DNA of 64,000 nt, taken from assembly GCA_963665665.1 (NCBI GenBank), contig OY762428.1:2048001-2112000 (forward strand). Reading direction: 5' to 3'. The translations under genes and the position numbers were made by a program. Numbering within the stretch: position 1 is the first letter of the stretch; each line of letters starts with the position of its first letter. Source of the DNA: Candidatus Kapaibacterium sp. (lineage in GTDB: Bacteria; Bacteroidota; Ignavibacteria; Kapaibacteriales; UBA2268). Of this stretch, positions 37,361 through 47,598 are shown piece by piece. The notes under the pieces are model-generated. The model was not told where the DNA came from, made no database searches, and worked only from the letters and a program-made list of their open reading frames with translations.

Positions 37361-39304
37361 ATGTGCGGAATATTTGGAATTTCAATAAAAGAAGAATCAA
37401 AAATTGATAAGAGTCAATTTAGTAATTTATTGAAAAACCTTTTTATTTATTCAGAATCCAGAGGCAAAGAAGCTTCAGGATTTGCATTCAGTAATAATAC
37501 AGAAATTAAGGTTTTTAAAACAAAACATCCGGCATCACATTTAATTAAATCCAAAGAATTTGAAAATAATCTTGATTGGCTACTCGAATCCAACAGTTTT
37601 AAAACTGCTATTGGCCACTCCAGGTTAGTTACAAACGGTAACGAAGAATTGAATATTAATAATCAGCCTGTTATTAAAAATGGAATGGTTGGTATTCATA
37701 ATGGCATTGTGGTAAATGTTGATGAATTATGGAAAAAATATTCTGATATTAAAAGGACTTCAGAGCTGGACAGCGAAGTAATTCTTGCTCTTTTAAAGAG
37801 AAATTTAATTAATCAGGATATTTTGGAAGCCAGAAATAAAACTTTCGATGATATATATGGTATGACTAATGTTGCAGTTTTGTTCGAAAATTATCAAAAT
37901 CTATTGATAAGTACAAACAATGGGTCACTATATTATTATTCTGATAATGATATCTTTATTTTTGCTTCGGAAGCTTTTATTCTAAAAAATGTTGTAATAG
38001 AATATTCTGAAAATCCAGAAATTTTACACGTAGAACCCGGGAAAACAATTTTATTGAATCTTTTAAACCTAAGTGATAATACTCAAAATATTTCTAACGG
38101 AATAATTAAACAAATTACTGATCTGACAAATAGTAAATCAGATATTGTGTTTAAAAAAGAAACTCAAATATTTATTGTTAAAAACAGTTTTTTTGAAGAA
38201 TTTGATAAAAATGCTGCCAGAGTATCCCTGTTAAAACGTTGTGAGAAGACAATATTACCGCAAACCTTTCCTTTTATTGAATTCGATGAAAACGGTATTT
38301 CAAATTTTGCTAATAATTATAGAGAACAAAATCTTCAGGGTAAAGAACAGTTACTGGAATTTGTTGAACCATACAGAAAATCAAACGGCAAACCGGACTG
38401 CCTGGTAGCTTTTAGCGGTGGCAGGGACAGTAGTTATGGTCTACATTATATTAAAGAAGAATTAGGCCTCAACCCAATTGCTTATTCTTATGACTGGGGT
38501 ATGATAACTGATCTTGCCCGGCGAAATCAGGCAAGATTATGCGGGAAACTCGGAGTTGAACATATTCTGATTTCGGCTGATATCAGGAAGAAAAGGGAAA
38601 ATATCAGAAAAAATGTAAGCGCCTGGCTGAAAAGGCCTCATTTAGGTACAGTACCTCTTTTTATGGCTGGCGACAAGCAATATTTCTATTGGGCAAATGA
38701 ATTGATGAAGCAAAATAATATCAAACTTGCTTTCCTTTGTGAAAACATGCTTGAAACAACTAATTTTAAATCAGGTTTTTGTGGCATAAAGCCTGTTTTT
38801 GATAAAGATCATACTTATAGCTTATCAATTAAAAATAAATTTAAAATGCTGAGTTTTTACGGAAAAGAATTTCTACTAAATCCCGGATATCTGAATTCCT
38901 CAATGCTTGATACTCTTGATGCCTTTAAATCTTATTATGTAATGGACCATCAGTTTGTGAATTTATATAATTATATTCTATGGGAAGAAAATCAGGTAGA
39001 TAAAATTTTGCTTGGCCACTATGATTGGGAAATTGCTGAAGATACTGAAACAACCTGGAGAATAGGAGACGGAACAGCCCCATTTTATAACTACATATAT
39101 TATACTGTTGCCGGATTTTCAGAAAATGATACTTTCCGTTCGAATCAGATCATGGAAAATATGATAAGCCGTAAGGAAGCCCTCAGACTTGCAGAACGAG
39201 ATAATAAACCAAGGTTTGAATCAATAAAATGGTATTGTGATACAATCGGAATTGACTTCGAATCGACAATTAACAGAATTAATCAGATAAAGAAGCTGTA
39301 TTAA
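37361..39304 (+). CDS. class II glutamine amidotransferase fused to PP-loop N-acetyl-sugar amidotransferase domain
   Basis: MCGIFG, GHSRL, HNG, DSE; SGGRDSS PP-loop. Confidence 0.85.
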   Translation: MCGIFGISIKEESKIDKSQFSNLLKNLFIYSESRGKEASGFAFSNNTEIKVFKTKHPASHLIKSKEFENNLDWLLESNSFKTAIGHSRLVTNGNEELNINNQPVIKNGMVGIHNGIVVNVDELWKKYSDIKRTSELDSEVILALLKRNLINQDILEARNKTFDDIYGMTNVAVLFENYQNLLISTNNGSLYYYSDNDIFIFASEAFILKNVVIEYSENPEILHVEPGKTILLNLLNLSDNTQNISNGIIKQITDLTNSKSDIVFKKETQIFIVKNSFFEEFDKNAARVSLLKRCEKTILPQTFPFIEFDENGISNFANNYREQNLQGKEQLLEFVEPYRKSNGKPDCLVAFSGGRDSSYGLHYIKEELGLNPIAYSYDWGMITDLARRNQARLCGKLGVEHILISADIRKKRENIRKNVSAWLKRPHLGTVPLFMAGDKQYFYWANELMKQNNIKLAFLCENMLETTNFKSGFCGIKPVFDKDHTYSLSIKNKFKMLSFYGKEFLLNPGYLNSSMLDTLDAFKSYYVMDHQFVNLYNYILWEENQVDKILLGHYDWEIAEDTETTWRIGDGTAPFYNYIYYTVAGFSENDTFRSNQIMENMISRKEALRLAERDNKPRFESIKWYCDTIGIDFESTINRINQIKKLY

Positions 39305-40362
39305 TGAGATTACTTTTCTTTATTGTTCATCCATCAAAATACCACTTGTTTAAGCATACCATTCGTAGATTAAAAAACGAGGGGCATCAGGTTGATTTAG
39401 TTATTGTGACAAAAGATGTATTAGAGGAATTAATTATCAACGAAGGATGGGAATATACCAATATTATTCCTGAAGGCAGAAGAAGTAAAAAATTGCCTAA
39501 AAAACTTTCTACGATATACTTTGCAGCAAAAACTCTGTTTAAACTATGGAATTATACACGAGGGAAAAAATACGATTTATTTATAACAGATGATCTGTTG
39601 GTTCTGATTGGTAAAATTCGAAAAGTAAAATCGTACTTTTTTGTTGATGATGATATTTCAATTGTTCCAGAATTAAGAATTCTTTTTAAAAATGCTGTTA
39701 AAATTGTAGCTCCTATATGCACCAATATAAATGAATTTGAAAATAAAAAGATTGGCTTTAATAGTTATAAAGAGTTGGCTTACCTTACGCCGGAAATTTT
39801 CCAGCCAGATATTGATATTATTAATCAATACTTTGATTTCAAAAGTAAATTTTTTCTGATAAGATTAGTGGATCTGACAGCTACTCATGACATAAACAAT
39901 AATGTTGGGGGTTTATCAAAATCAAATGTAGAAAAATTGATCAATTATTTATCAAAATTTGGCGAAATAGTAATTTCTTCTGAAAAACCTTTGTTACCCG
40001 AGTTTGAAAACTACAGATTGAAAATCCATCCTAAAGATATTCATCATTTTTTATATTATTCGGATTTGTTAATTACTGACAGTCAGACAATGACATCTGA
40101 GGCGGCTGTTTTAGGAACACCTTCTGTAAGAATCAATGATTTTGTTGGCAAAATTTCAGTAATGGAAGAGAAGGAAAATATATATGGTCTTTCTTATGGC
40201 TTCAAACCATCTGAGTTTTATCTGGCATTTCAGAAAATCAAAGAAATTATTGAAAATAATGAAATGGATGAATGGAATTTAAAACGAAAAAAACTTTTAG
40301 ATGAAAAAGTTGATATGAATGAATTTTTATATGAGAAGATAATCAATAAATATGAAAATTAG
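39304..40362 (+). CDS. DUF354 family GT-B-like protein
   Basis: HPSKYHLFK, YKELAYL, DSQTMTSEAAVLGTP. Confidence 0.85.
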   Translation: MRLLFFIVHPSKYHLFKHTIRRLKNEGHQVDLVIVTKDVLEELIINEGWEYTNIIPEGRRSKKLPKKLSTIYFAAKTLFKLWNYTRGKKYDLFITDDLLVLIGKIRKVKSYFFVDDDISIVPELRILFKNAVKIVAPICTNINEFENKKIGFNSYKELAYLTPEIFQPDIDIINQYFDFKSKFFLIRLVDLTATHDINNNVGGLSKSNVEKLINYLSKFGEIVISSEKPLLPEFENYRLKIHPKDIHHFLYYSDLLITDSQTMTSEAAVLGTPSVRINDFVGKISVMEEKENIYGLSYGFKPSEFYLAFQKIKEIIENNEMDEWNLKRKKLLDEKVDMNEFLYEKIINKYEN

Positions 40363-41410
40363 TAGTATAATTGGTACCAGACCAAATTTTATAAAACTTG
40401 CGCCACTGATTGATGAGTTGAAATACAATGATAATATTGATCATAAGATTATTCACACCGGGCAGCATTATGATTTGAATATGTCAGATGTTTTTTTTAA
40501 TCAGTTAAATATACCTAGGCCGGACTATAATCTTAAAGTTGGATCTAGTACTCTCACATCACAAACAGCCGATATTATGAAAGGCCTGGAAGATATATTA
40601 AGTGAAGATATGCCAGACTTAATTTTTTTAATTGGCGATGTTAATTCTACACTTGCTGCGGCTGTAACTGCTGCACAGATGAATATTAAAACAGCACATA
40701 TTGAAAGTGGACTCAGAAGCTATAATAAAACTATGCCTGAAGAGATCAATAGAATAGTCACTGATCATTTGTCGGATATTCTCTATGCTCCAACTGAAAC
40801 AGCTATGAAAAATCTTGCAAATGAGGGTTTAACAGAAAAGTCAATTTTTTCTGGTGATATTATGTATGATGCAATTTTGAGAAATTTGCCAATAGCTGAA
40901 AAAAATTCAAATATTATTGAAAAGCTCGGAATTATGCCAAAAGATTATTATCTGGTAACTCTTCATAGGCCGTATAATGTAGATAACAAGGATATTCTGA
41001 ATAATATATTTTATGCTCTTAAAGAGATAAATAAACCTTTTGTTTTTCCTGTTCATCCAAGAACAATGAAAAATATAAAAAAATTCGGGTTAGATATACC
41101 CAAAAACCTAATATTAACTGAACCTATTGGCTACTTAGATATGCTAATGCTTGAGAAAAATGCTAAAAAGATAATAACTGATTCAGGTGGAATACAAAAA
41201 GAAGCTTATTTTCAGAAAATTCCGTGTATTACTCTTCGTCCTGAAACAGAATGGGTTGAGACATTAATAAGTAATTGTAATATTCTGGTAAAAAACCGAG
41301 ATAGAATTGACATCCTTGAAGCTTTGAATTATGATCAGACTAATTGTCACTATGGAGATTATTTTGGTGATGGAAAAGCAAGTGAAACGATAATAAAAAA
41401 AATATCATGA
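40352..41410 (+). CDS. wecB: UDP-N-acetylglucosamine 2-epimerase (non-hydrolysing)
   Basis: GTRPNFIK, HTGQHYD, HIESGLRS, PEEINR, TDSGGIQKEA. Confidence 0.95.
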   Translation: MKISSIIGTRPNFIKLAPLIDELKYNDNIDHKIIHTGQHYDLNMSDVFFNQLNIPRPDYNLKVGSSTLTSQTADIMKGLEDILSEDMPDLIFLIGDVNSTLAAAVTAAQMNIKTAHIESGLRSYNKTMPEEINRIVTDHLSDILYAPTETAMKNLANEGLTEKSIFSGDIMYDAILRNLPIAEKNSNIIEKLGIMPKDYYLVTLHRPYNVDNKDILNNIFYALKEINKPFVFPVHPRTMKNIKKFGLDIPKNLILTEPIGYLDMLMLEKNAKKIITDSGGIQKEAYFQKIPCITLRPETEWVETLISNCNILVKNRDRIDILEALNYDQTNCHYGDYFGDGKASETIIKKIS

Positions 41411-42909
41411 ATGGTTCAAAAATAAAAGAAATCCTAAAACTAATTTTAGATTATAATATTTCAAATAATTTTGAAGGGTATGATAAATTTGATGGTGCTA
41501 ATAATATCTTTTCAGAAAAGATATTTAAAAAGTCAAAATTGATTAGATTTTTATTTCAGCAAATTATTAAAGAATCTCCTGTTAATTTGAGAAACTTACT
41601 ATTAATTGAAAAGAAGCAAAATATTAAAGGTAATGGATTGTTCGTAAATGCACTTGTTAAGTATTTCAATATTACTAAAGATGAATATTATCTAAATGAA
41701 GCTAAAAGATTACTCAAAAAGCAAATAACACTAGCTTCAAAAAATTTTGATACTTTAGCATGGGGTCATAATTTTACATGGCAAGGTTTAAATTTCACAC
41801 TTCCAAAATATTATCCTAATATCACAAATACTATTATAACAGCCGAAGCAATTTTAGAGTTATATAAAACAACAAAAGAAGGGGAATTTCTTGAGTATCT
41901 TGAATCGGTAAAGGATTCAATTTTTAATGTTTTTCCCCAAGTTTTTGAAGAAGAAGATAAATTAGCAATATCATATTTTCCGTTCAAAAGTTACCCAATA
42001 TGCATAAACATCCAGGCTTTTACGTCGGCTTTTTTAATAAAGTATCACTTGATTGATAATGATAAAAAAACAAAGGAATTTTCTGATAAATTAATGAATT
42101 TTGTAATTTATTCAATGAATGAAGAATTTTCCTGGTATTACAGTTGTCCCAAGAGTGACCATCCTTTAAAAAAAGATTTACCGGATAATTATCATACGGC
42201 CTTTATACTTGATAGTTTATTAGATTATTATAAAATTACAAAAAATGAAAAAATTTTAAAAATTTATACTAAATCTTTAGAGTTTTATCAAAACAATTTA
42301 TTTACAATTGAAAATGCTCCTAAATGGACAACAGAATCCAAGTATCCATATGACATTCACGGAGCTGCTAATTCAATAATTACTTTTTCCAAGGCTTCGG
42401 AAATTGATAAAAAGTATAGAGATAATGCAAAAACTTGTCACTATAAAAATACTTTATCAATGATGAAAATTTTAAAAGATAATCTAAATAATATTTTATT
42501 AAGACAATTCAAACCTCAAAAACAGATGGCCATCCAGCCTAGTTATTATCCCAAAAGGACTGCTGAAGATGGCTTAATATTTTGGAATAGAAGTACAAAA
42601 GAAATTTATAATTTAATTAGAGCTGTGACCAAACCTTTTCCCGGGGCATTTACTTTTTTAAATGACAAAAAAATTGAAATATGGGAAGCTCAACCATTTG
42701 ATACTCGTCTCTTCGATCCTTATATATTTCCTGGTACAATTTTACATGTTTTTGACAATGGAGATTTTATCGTAAAAACTGGAACTGATTCCTTGTTGGT
42801 TACAAATTATGAAGGTATTAAGAAGGATGACTTATTAAAATATAATATCTTAACACAAAATAATTGTTTTGAATATACAAATCCCTTTAACTATCCTGCA
42901 AATCTTTAA
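41407..42909 (+). CDS. chimeric ORF: (alpha/alpha)-barrel-like polysaccharide-locus protein fused to formyltransferase C-terminal domain
   Basis: N-terminal part has GYDKFDG, DNYHTAFILD, YPYDIHGAA; C-terminal part has YYPKRTAEDGLI.W...IYNLIRAVTKPFPGAFT (Formyl_trans_C). Confidence 0.7.
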   Translation: MNGSKIKEILKLILDYNISNNFEGYDKFDGANNIFSEKIFKKSKLIRFLFQQIIKESPVNLRNLLLIEKKQNIKGNGLFVNALVKYFNITKDEYYLNEAKRLLKKQITLASKNFDTLAWGHNFTWQGLNFTLPKYYPNITNTIITAEAILELYKTTKEGEFLEYLESVKDSIFNVFPQVFEEEDKLAISYFPFKSYPICINIQAFTSAFLIKYHLIDNDKKTKEFSDKLMNFVIYSMNEEFSWYYSCPKSDHPLKKDLPDNYHTAFILDSLLDYYKITKNEKILKIYTKSLEFYQNNLFTIENAPKWTTESKYPYDIHGAANSIITFSKASEIDKKYRDNAKTCHYKNTLSMMKILKDNLNNILLRQFKPQKQMAIQPSYYPKRTAEDGLIFWNRSTKEIYNLIRAVTKPFPGAFTFLNDKKIEIWEAQPFDTRLFDPYIFPGTILHVFDNGDFIVKTGTDSLLVTNYEGIKKDDLLKYNILTQNNCFEYTNPFNYPANL

Positions 42910-42962
42910 TTTTTATCTTTCGATTATATTAAAATTGGAATTATTTTCAAAACAATTCCAGC

Positions 42963-43095
42963 AAGATAATTTCTGATTCTGGAGGATTTTATAAGGAAGC
43001 CTAATTTCAAAAAGTAATCTGTATTACTTGTATCAATGAGGCTGAATGGATTATAACTTTAAGAAATGATTTCAATCTATTGAAAAAGAAACTTC
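42963..43095 (+). pseudogene. degenerate wecB 3' fragment
   Basis: Translates KIISDSGGFYKEA*FQKVICITCINEAEWIITL versus WecB KIITDSGGIQKEAYFQKIPCITLRPETEWVETL; internal stop. Confidence 0.8.
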
Positions 43096-43183
43096 ATAAA
43101 TTTGATAGAATAAAAGATTTAAAAATTCTTATTGAATTTTTTTTGTGATGTAAAAGTTAGTTAAAGGGTAGTGGAAGGAATAA

Positions 43184-44521
43184 ATGGGATTTAGGAAGAA
43201 TATTTTTATTATTACTCATAATCTTTATGATAAAAGATTTAACAAACTTTATGATTATTTTTTGGATAATCAGTGGCAATCTTATGAAGTATTGATGCAG
43301 CAACAAGAGGAACAATTAAATATAATTGCCCGATATGCATTTAATAATGTTGAATATTATCATAATCTATTTATCGATTATGGTATAAATGAAAAACATT
43401 TTGGATTTATAGACCTAAAAAAATTGCCCGTTTTAACAAAAGATATAATTAATAATAATTATGATAAGTTCATTCCGAAAAACTTAGATCAAATAAGACA
43501 TATTAATGGATCTACAGGTGGTACAACTGGAACTCCAATGAGATACAGAATATCAAAAGAGCATCGATTAAGAGCCGGAGTATTATTATATTGTGGCTGG
43601 AATATAGGAGGTTATGAATTATCTGATAGTATGGTAATGATGGGAGGTGCATCTATTGCTTCAAAGTCGAAAATTAAATTTGTTAATTTTTTAAATGAAA
43701 TTTCGAGAAACATAAAAAAGATATCTTCTTTTGATATGTCGGATTTAGAAATGGAAGAATATTTGAATGTAATTAATGATTTTAAACCAAAATTTATTAG
43801 AGGTTATCCTTCATCTATTTTCTTTTTTGCAAAATGGATAAGAAATAATAATAGAAAACATTGGAATCCAAAAGCTATTTTAACTACTTCTGAGAAACTA
43901 CATCCTGAAATGAGAAAAGTAATTTCGGAAGTATTTAATTGCTGTGTTTTCGATGGATATGGATTGAATGATGGAGGTGTTCAGGCTTTTGAATGTAATA
44001 ATCATAATGGTATGCATATAACAACAGAAAATGCAATAACGGAATTAAAAGGAGATAATGGAGAGTACCTTATTGAAGGTGAAGGCCAAATAATTGCAAC
44101 ATCTCTCTTCAATTATGCATTTCCTTTCTTCAGATATGACACAGGTGACAGAGCAATAATTTCAAATAAAAGATGTGCCTGTGGAAGGCAAACTAAATTA
44201 ATTGAAGAAATGGTTGGTAGATCTGTTGATGTATTTAAAACGCCTGCGGGAAAATATATTCATGGGTGGTTTTTTCTATACATTTTTTGGAAATATGATA
44301 ATGGTATAAACAAATATCAGGTAATTCAGAAATCATTAGATTTAATTCAGATAAAATTAGTAATCGGTAATTCTTTTAAACAAGAATTAATTAATGACAT
44401 AAAAAGAGTTGTATATGAACGAGCACCAGAATGGAAATTGCAGTTTGAATTTGTAAATGATATTGAACCCACAAAAAATGGAAAATTTAAATTTATTATC
44501 AATGAATGTGAAAATGGATAA
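43184..44521 (+). CDS. phenylacetate-CoA ligase family (CapK-like) adenylate-forming enzyme
   Basis: STGGTTGTP, GYPSS, YG.NDGG, RYDTGD, GRS.D. Confidence 0.9.
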   Translation: MGFRKNIFIITHNLYDKRFNKLYDYFLDNQWQSYEVLMQQQEEQLNIIARYAFNNVEYYHNLFIDYGINEKHFGFIDLKKLPVLTKDIINNNYDKFIPKNLDQIRHINGSTGGTTGTPMRYRISKEHRLRAGVLLYCGWNIGGYELSDSMVMMGGASIASKSKIKFVNFLNEISRNIKKISSFDMSDLEMEEYLNVINDFKPKFIRGYPSSIFFFAKWIRNNNRKHWNPKAILTTSEKLHPEMRKVISEVFNCCVFDGYGLNDGGVQAFECNNHNGMHITTENAITELKGDNGEYLIEGEGQIIATSLFNYAFPFFRYDTGDRAIISNKRCACGRQTKLIEEMVGRSVDVFKTPAGKYIHGWFFLYIFWKYDNGINKYQVIQKSLDLIQIKLVIGNSFKQELINDIKRVVYERAPEWKLQFEFVNDIEPTKNGKFKFIINECENG

Positions 44522-45587
44522 TAGAAAAATAAATTTTACTGCTGTTGGTGATATAATGTTCGGTGAAATGCCAGAGAATATTGGTTATGGTGTTAAATCA
44601 TATTTATCAAGAAAGGGATTTAATTCTGCTTTTAATGCAGTGAAGAAATATTTTATTGAATCTGATATAGTTCATGGAAATATTGAAGCTGTCCTTTCAG
44701 AAGTACCCAATTCTAAAAATATTGAAGAAATATCATTAATTGCCGACAAAAAGTCAATTGCTTCTTTAGAAGAGATAAAACTAACAATAGCTAATGTTGC
44801 AAATAATCATAGTTTAGATCATGGAGTTAGAAAATATTCTGAAAGTGTTGATAGATTAATTGAAAGTAATATCAATGTTATTGGAAGTCAATATAAAAAT
44901 TTGATATTTCAATTTATTAAAAAAGGCGGAATTAAATTTTTATTTATTGGTTTCTCATTAGCTGAAGATAAAAATCATAAAAAGGATTATTATTATAAAC
45001 CTGAAAATATTGATGAAATACTTGAAATTATTGCTAAATATAAAAATGATGTTAACCATATAATTGTTTCAGTCCATTGGGGCAAAGAACATGTTTCTTT
45101 ACCCTCGCCTGAACAAATAAATATTGGACATAAGTTAATTGATTCAGGTGCAAGTCTGATATTAGGGCATCATCCTCATTGTTATCAGGGAATTGAGGAA
45201 TATAAAAACGGAATTATCGTTTATAGCTTAGGGAATTTTGTTTTCGATATGTCATTTCCTAAAAGTAGAGAGTCAATAGTTTTTAAATGTGAATTTGATA
45301 GATATGGAATTATCAGCAAGACTATTATTCCGATAAAAATTGATAAAAATGGAATACCCCAAAAGCCTGATAATGATATGTTGCAACAAAAATTTAAAAT
45401 AATTGATACCGAAATATCAAATATTTTCGATTTAAGAGTATTGGAGAGTACTTTTAAAAAAGAATATAAAAAATCATATAATAATTTTAAATTACATGTT
45501 AAATTGAATTTTATAAGAAATATTTTTAGAATGAATCCAAGATTTTCATATCAGCTTTTTAAGAAATATTTATATAAATTGAAATGA
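44514..45587 (+). CDS. CapA family (metallophosphatase fold) protein
   Basis: GDIMFG, GNIE, ANNHSLDHG, HWG.E, GHHPH..QGIE, YSLGNFVFD; ATG at 44514. Confidence 0.9.
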   Translation: MDNRKINFTAVGDIMFGEMPENIGYGVKSYLSRKGFNSAFNAVKKYFIESDIVHGNIEAVLSEVPNSKNIEEISLIADKKSIASLEEIKLTIANVANNHSLDHGVRKYSESVDRLIESNINVIGSQYKNLIFQFIKKGGIKFLFIGFSLAEDKNHKKDYYYKPENIDEILEIIAKYKNDVNHIIVSVHWGKEHVSLPSPEQINIGHKLIDSGASLILGHHPHCYQGIEEYKNGIIVYSLGNFVFDMSFPKSRESIVFKCEFDRYGIISKTIIPIKIDKNGIPQKPDNDMLQQKFKIIDTEISNIFDLRVLESTFKKEYKKSYNNFKLHVKLNFIRNIFRMNPRFSYQLFKKYLYKLK

Positions 45588-46660
45588 ATATATTAATTTT
45601 TGCAGGTCTTTCAGAAAAAAAATTATTATCAAAATTATCACCGATTATAAATAATAATCAAATTAATAAAATTTATATTATTCGTAAGTCGGCTTTATTT
45701 AACGAAAAGATAAATTGTATATCGCCGGGTTTAAAAATATTCAGGAATTCTTATCTTTTTGAAATTTATAGGATATTTGTTGCAATTTCCCTGATTCTAT
45801 TTAAAGATATAAATATTATAATGTCTATTCAAATGATGTATCATGGTATTATTGGCTTTTTATTGTCCAAGATATTTAATAAATATTTTATTTTCAATTT
45901 AGTTGAATCCTTTGATAAACTGAAAATGTCAAAATTTAAAAGTAATATTATTAAAAATTCAAATTTTTTAATTACCAGAGGTAGTACTGTTCAAAAAGAT
46001 TTGAATGATTTTTTTAACACAGAAATATGTTCCAAATATGTTCCAAATCATTATACTTTTTTTGATGATAACTATAATTTATTTAAAGATCAGTCAATAA
46101 TTTATTGTGGTACATTTACAGAATCTAAAAGACTTGATATTTTAACAGAGGCATTATTTCAATTAAAAACAAATTATAAAGTAAAATATTTTATTGTTAA
46201 AATGTATGGTGATGGTCCGTTAAAAAATAAGATCATTGATAAAATTGACAAGTTGGGATTAAATGATAATATCAAAATATTTGGCTTTACGAATAATATT
46301 GAAAAAATTATTTCGGAATCAAGAATTGCGATTATGACCTCAGAATTTGAAGGCCAACCAATGTTTGCTATTGAAAGTTTAGGTTTAGGAATCCCATGTA
46401 TTATGCCAAATATATCGAACATACCTGAAGTTGCCATACATAATTATAATTCTTTGCTTGTAGAGCCACTTGATGTAGAAGGTTTTGCAGATGCAATTTA
46501 TCAATTGATGACTGATGATGAATTATATAAAAGATTAAAAAAAGGCGCTGAGAATTTCAGAAAAGAACATGAATATGAGTACTCGATGGAAAATATTACG
46601 AATATATGGAATGAAATATTAATAAAAATTGAAACTGATAAAAGAGTAAAACAATTATGA
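45584..46660 (+). CDS. glycosyltransferase family 4
   Basis: GDGP, SEFEGQP..AIES...GIP. Confidence 0.88.
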   Translation: MNILIFAGLSEKKLLSKLSPIINNNQINKIYIIRKSALFNEKINCISPGLKIFRNSYLFEIYRIFVAISLILFKDINIIMSIQMMYHGIIGFLLSKIFNKYFIFNLVESFDKLKMSKFKSNIIKNSNFLITRGSTVQKDLNDFFNTEICSKYVPNHYTFFDDNYNLFKDQSIIYCGTFTESKRLDILTEALFQLKTNYKVKYFIVKMYGDGPLKNKIIDKIDKLGLNDNIKIFGFTNNIEKIISESRIAIMTSEFEGQPMFAIESLGLGIPCIMPNISNIPEVAIHNYNSLLVEPLDVEGFADAIYQLMTDDELYKRLKKGAENFRKEHEYEYSMENITNIWNEILIKIETDKRVKQL

Positions 46661-47598
46661 TAAGCAGCTCAACCTTTTTAGTAACCGGTGGTGCCGGTTT
46701 TATAGGTTCCAATATTGTAAAAAGATTATTGGATGAAGGTAATGAAGTCAGGGTACTGGATAATTTTGCAACCGGTAAAAGGGAGAATCTCGAACCTTTC
46801 AGGAATAATCCGAAATTCACATTATATGAAGGTGATTTCAGAAGTTTTCATATTGTTCGGGATGCTGTTAAAGGTGTGGAATTTGTTCTGCATCAGGGGG
46901 CTCTCCCGTCTGTTCCTCGTTCAATAAATGATCCGATAACATCTAACGATGTAAATATTCTCGGAACTTTGAATATTCTTGAAGCTGCAAAGGAATTTGG
47001 AGTTAAGAGAGTTATTTATGCATCCTCATCCTCAATTTATGGGAATTCCGAAACATTGCCAAAGATAGAGAATATGCCGGTCAATCCTTTATCTCCGTAT
47101 GCAGTAACAAAATATACATCCGAAAGATATTGCCAGACTTATTTCTGGCTTTACGGCCTTGAAACGGTTGCTTTAAGATATTTTAATGTATTCGGCCCCA
47201 ATCAGGATCCAACATCACAGTATAGCGCTGTAATTCCGAAATTCATTAAAGCTATTTTAAATGATAAGCAGCCTGTTATTTATGGAGACGGCCTGCAATC
47301 CCGTGATTTTACTTATGTAGAGAACAATATTAATGCAAACCTTCTTGCCTGTTTATCAGAAAAAGCTCCCGGGAATGTTTATAATGTAGGGTGTGGTGAA
47401 AGATTTACTTTGATAGACCTGGTAAAATCTCTAAATCAGATTATTGGGAAAAACATTGAGCCGATATATGAAAAAGACAGAGCCGGAGATGTAAAACATT
47501 CCCTTGCAAGTATTGAAAAGATCAAAACTGATATTGATTATAAGGTATTAGTTGATTTCAAAGATGGATTAGAAAAAACAATTGAGTTCTATAAATAG
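46657..47598 (+). CDS. NAD-dependent UDP-sugar 4-epimerase (WbpP/TviC-like)
   Basis: TGGAGFIG, ALPSVPRS, SPYAVTK, RYFNVFGP.QDP.S.Y.AVIPKF. Confidence 0.92.
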   Translation: MISSSTFLVTGGAGFIGSNIVKRLLDEGNEVRVLDNFATGKRENLEPFRNNPKFTLYEGDFRSFHIVRDAVKGVEFVLHQGALPSVPRSINDPITSNDVNILGTLNILEAAKEFGVKRVIYASSSSIYGNSETLPKIENMPVNPLSPYAVTKYTSERYCQTYFWLYGLETVALRYFNVFGPNQDPTSQYSAVIPKFIKAILNDKQPVIYGDGLQSRDFTYVENNINANLLACLSEKAPGNVYNVGCGERFTLIDLVKSLNQIIGKNIEPIYEKDRAGDVKHSLASIEKIKTDIDYKVLVDFKDGLEKTIEFYK

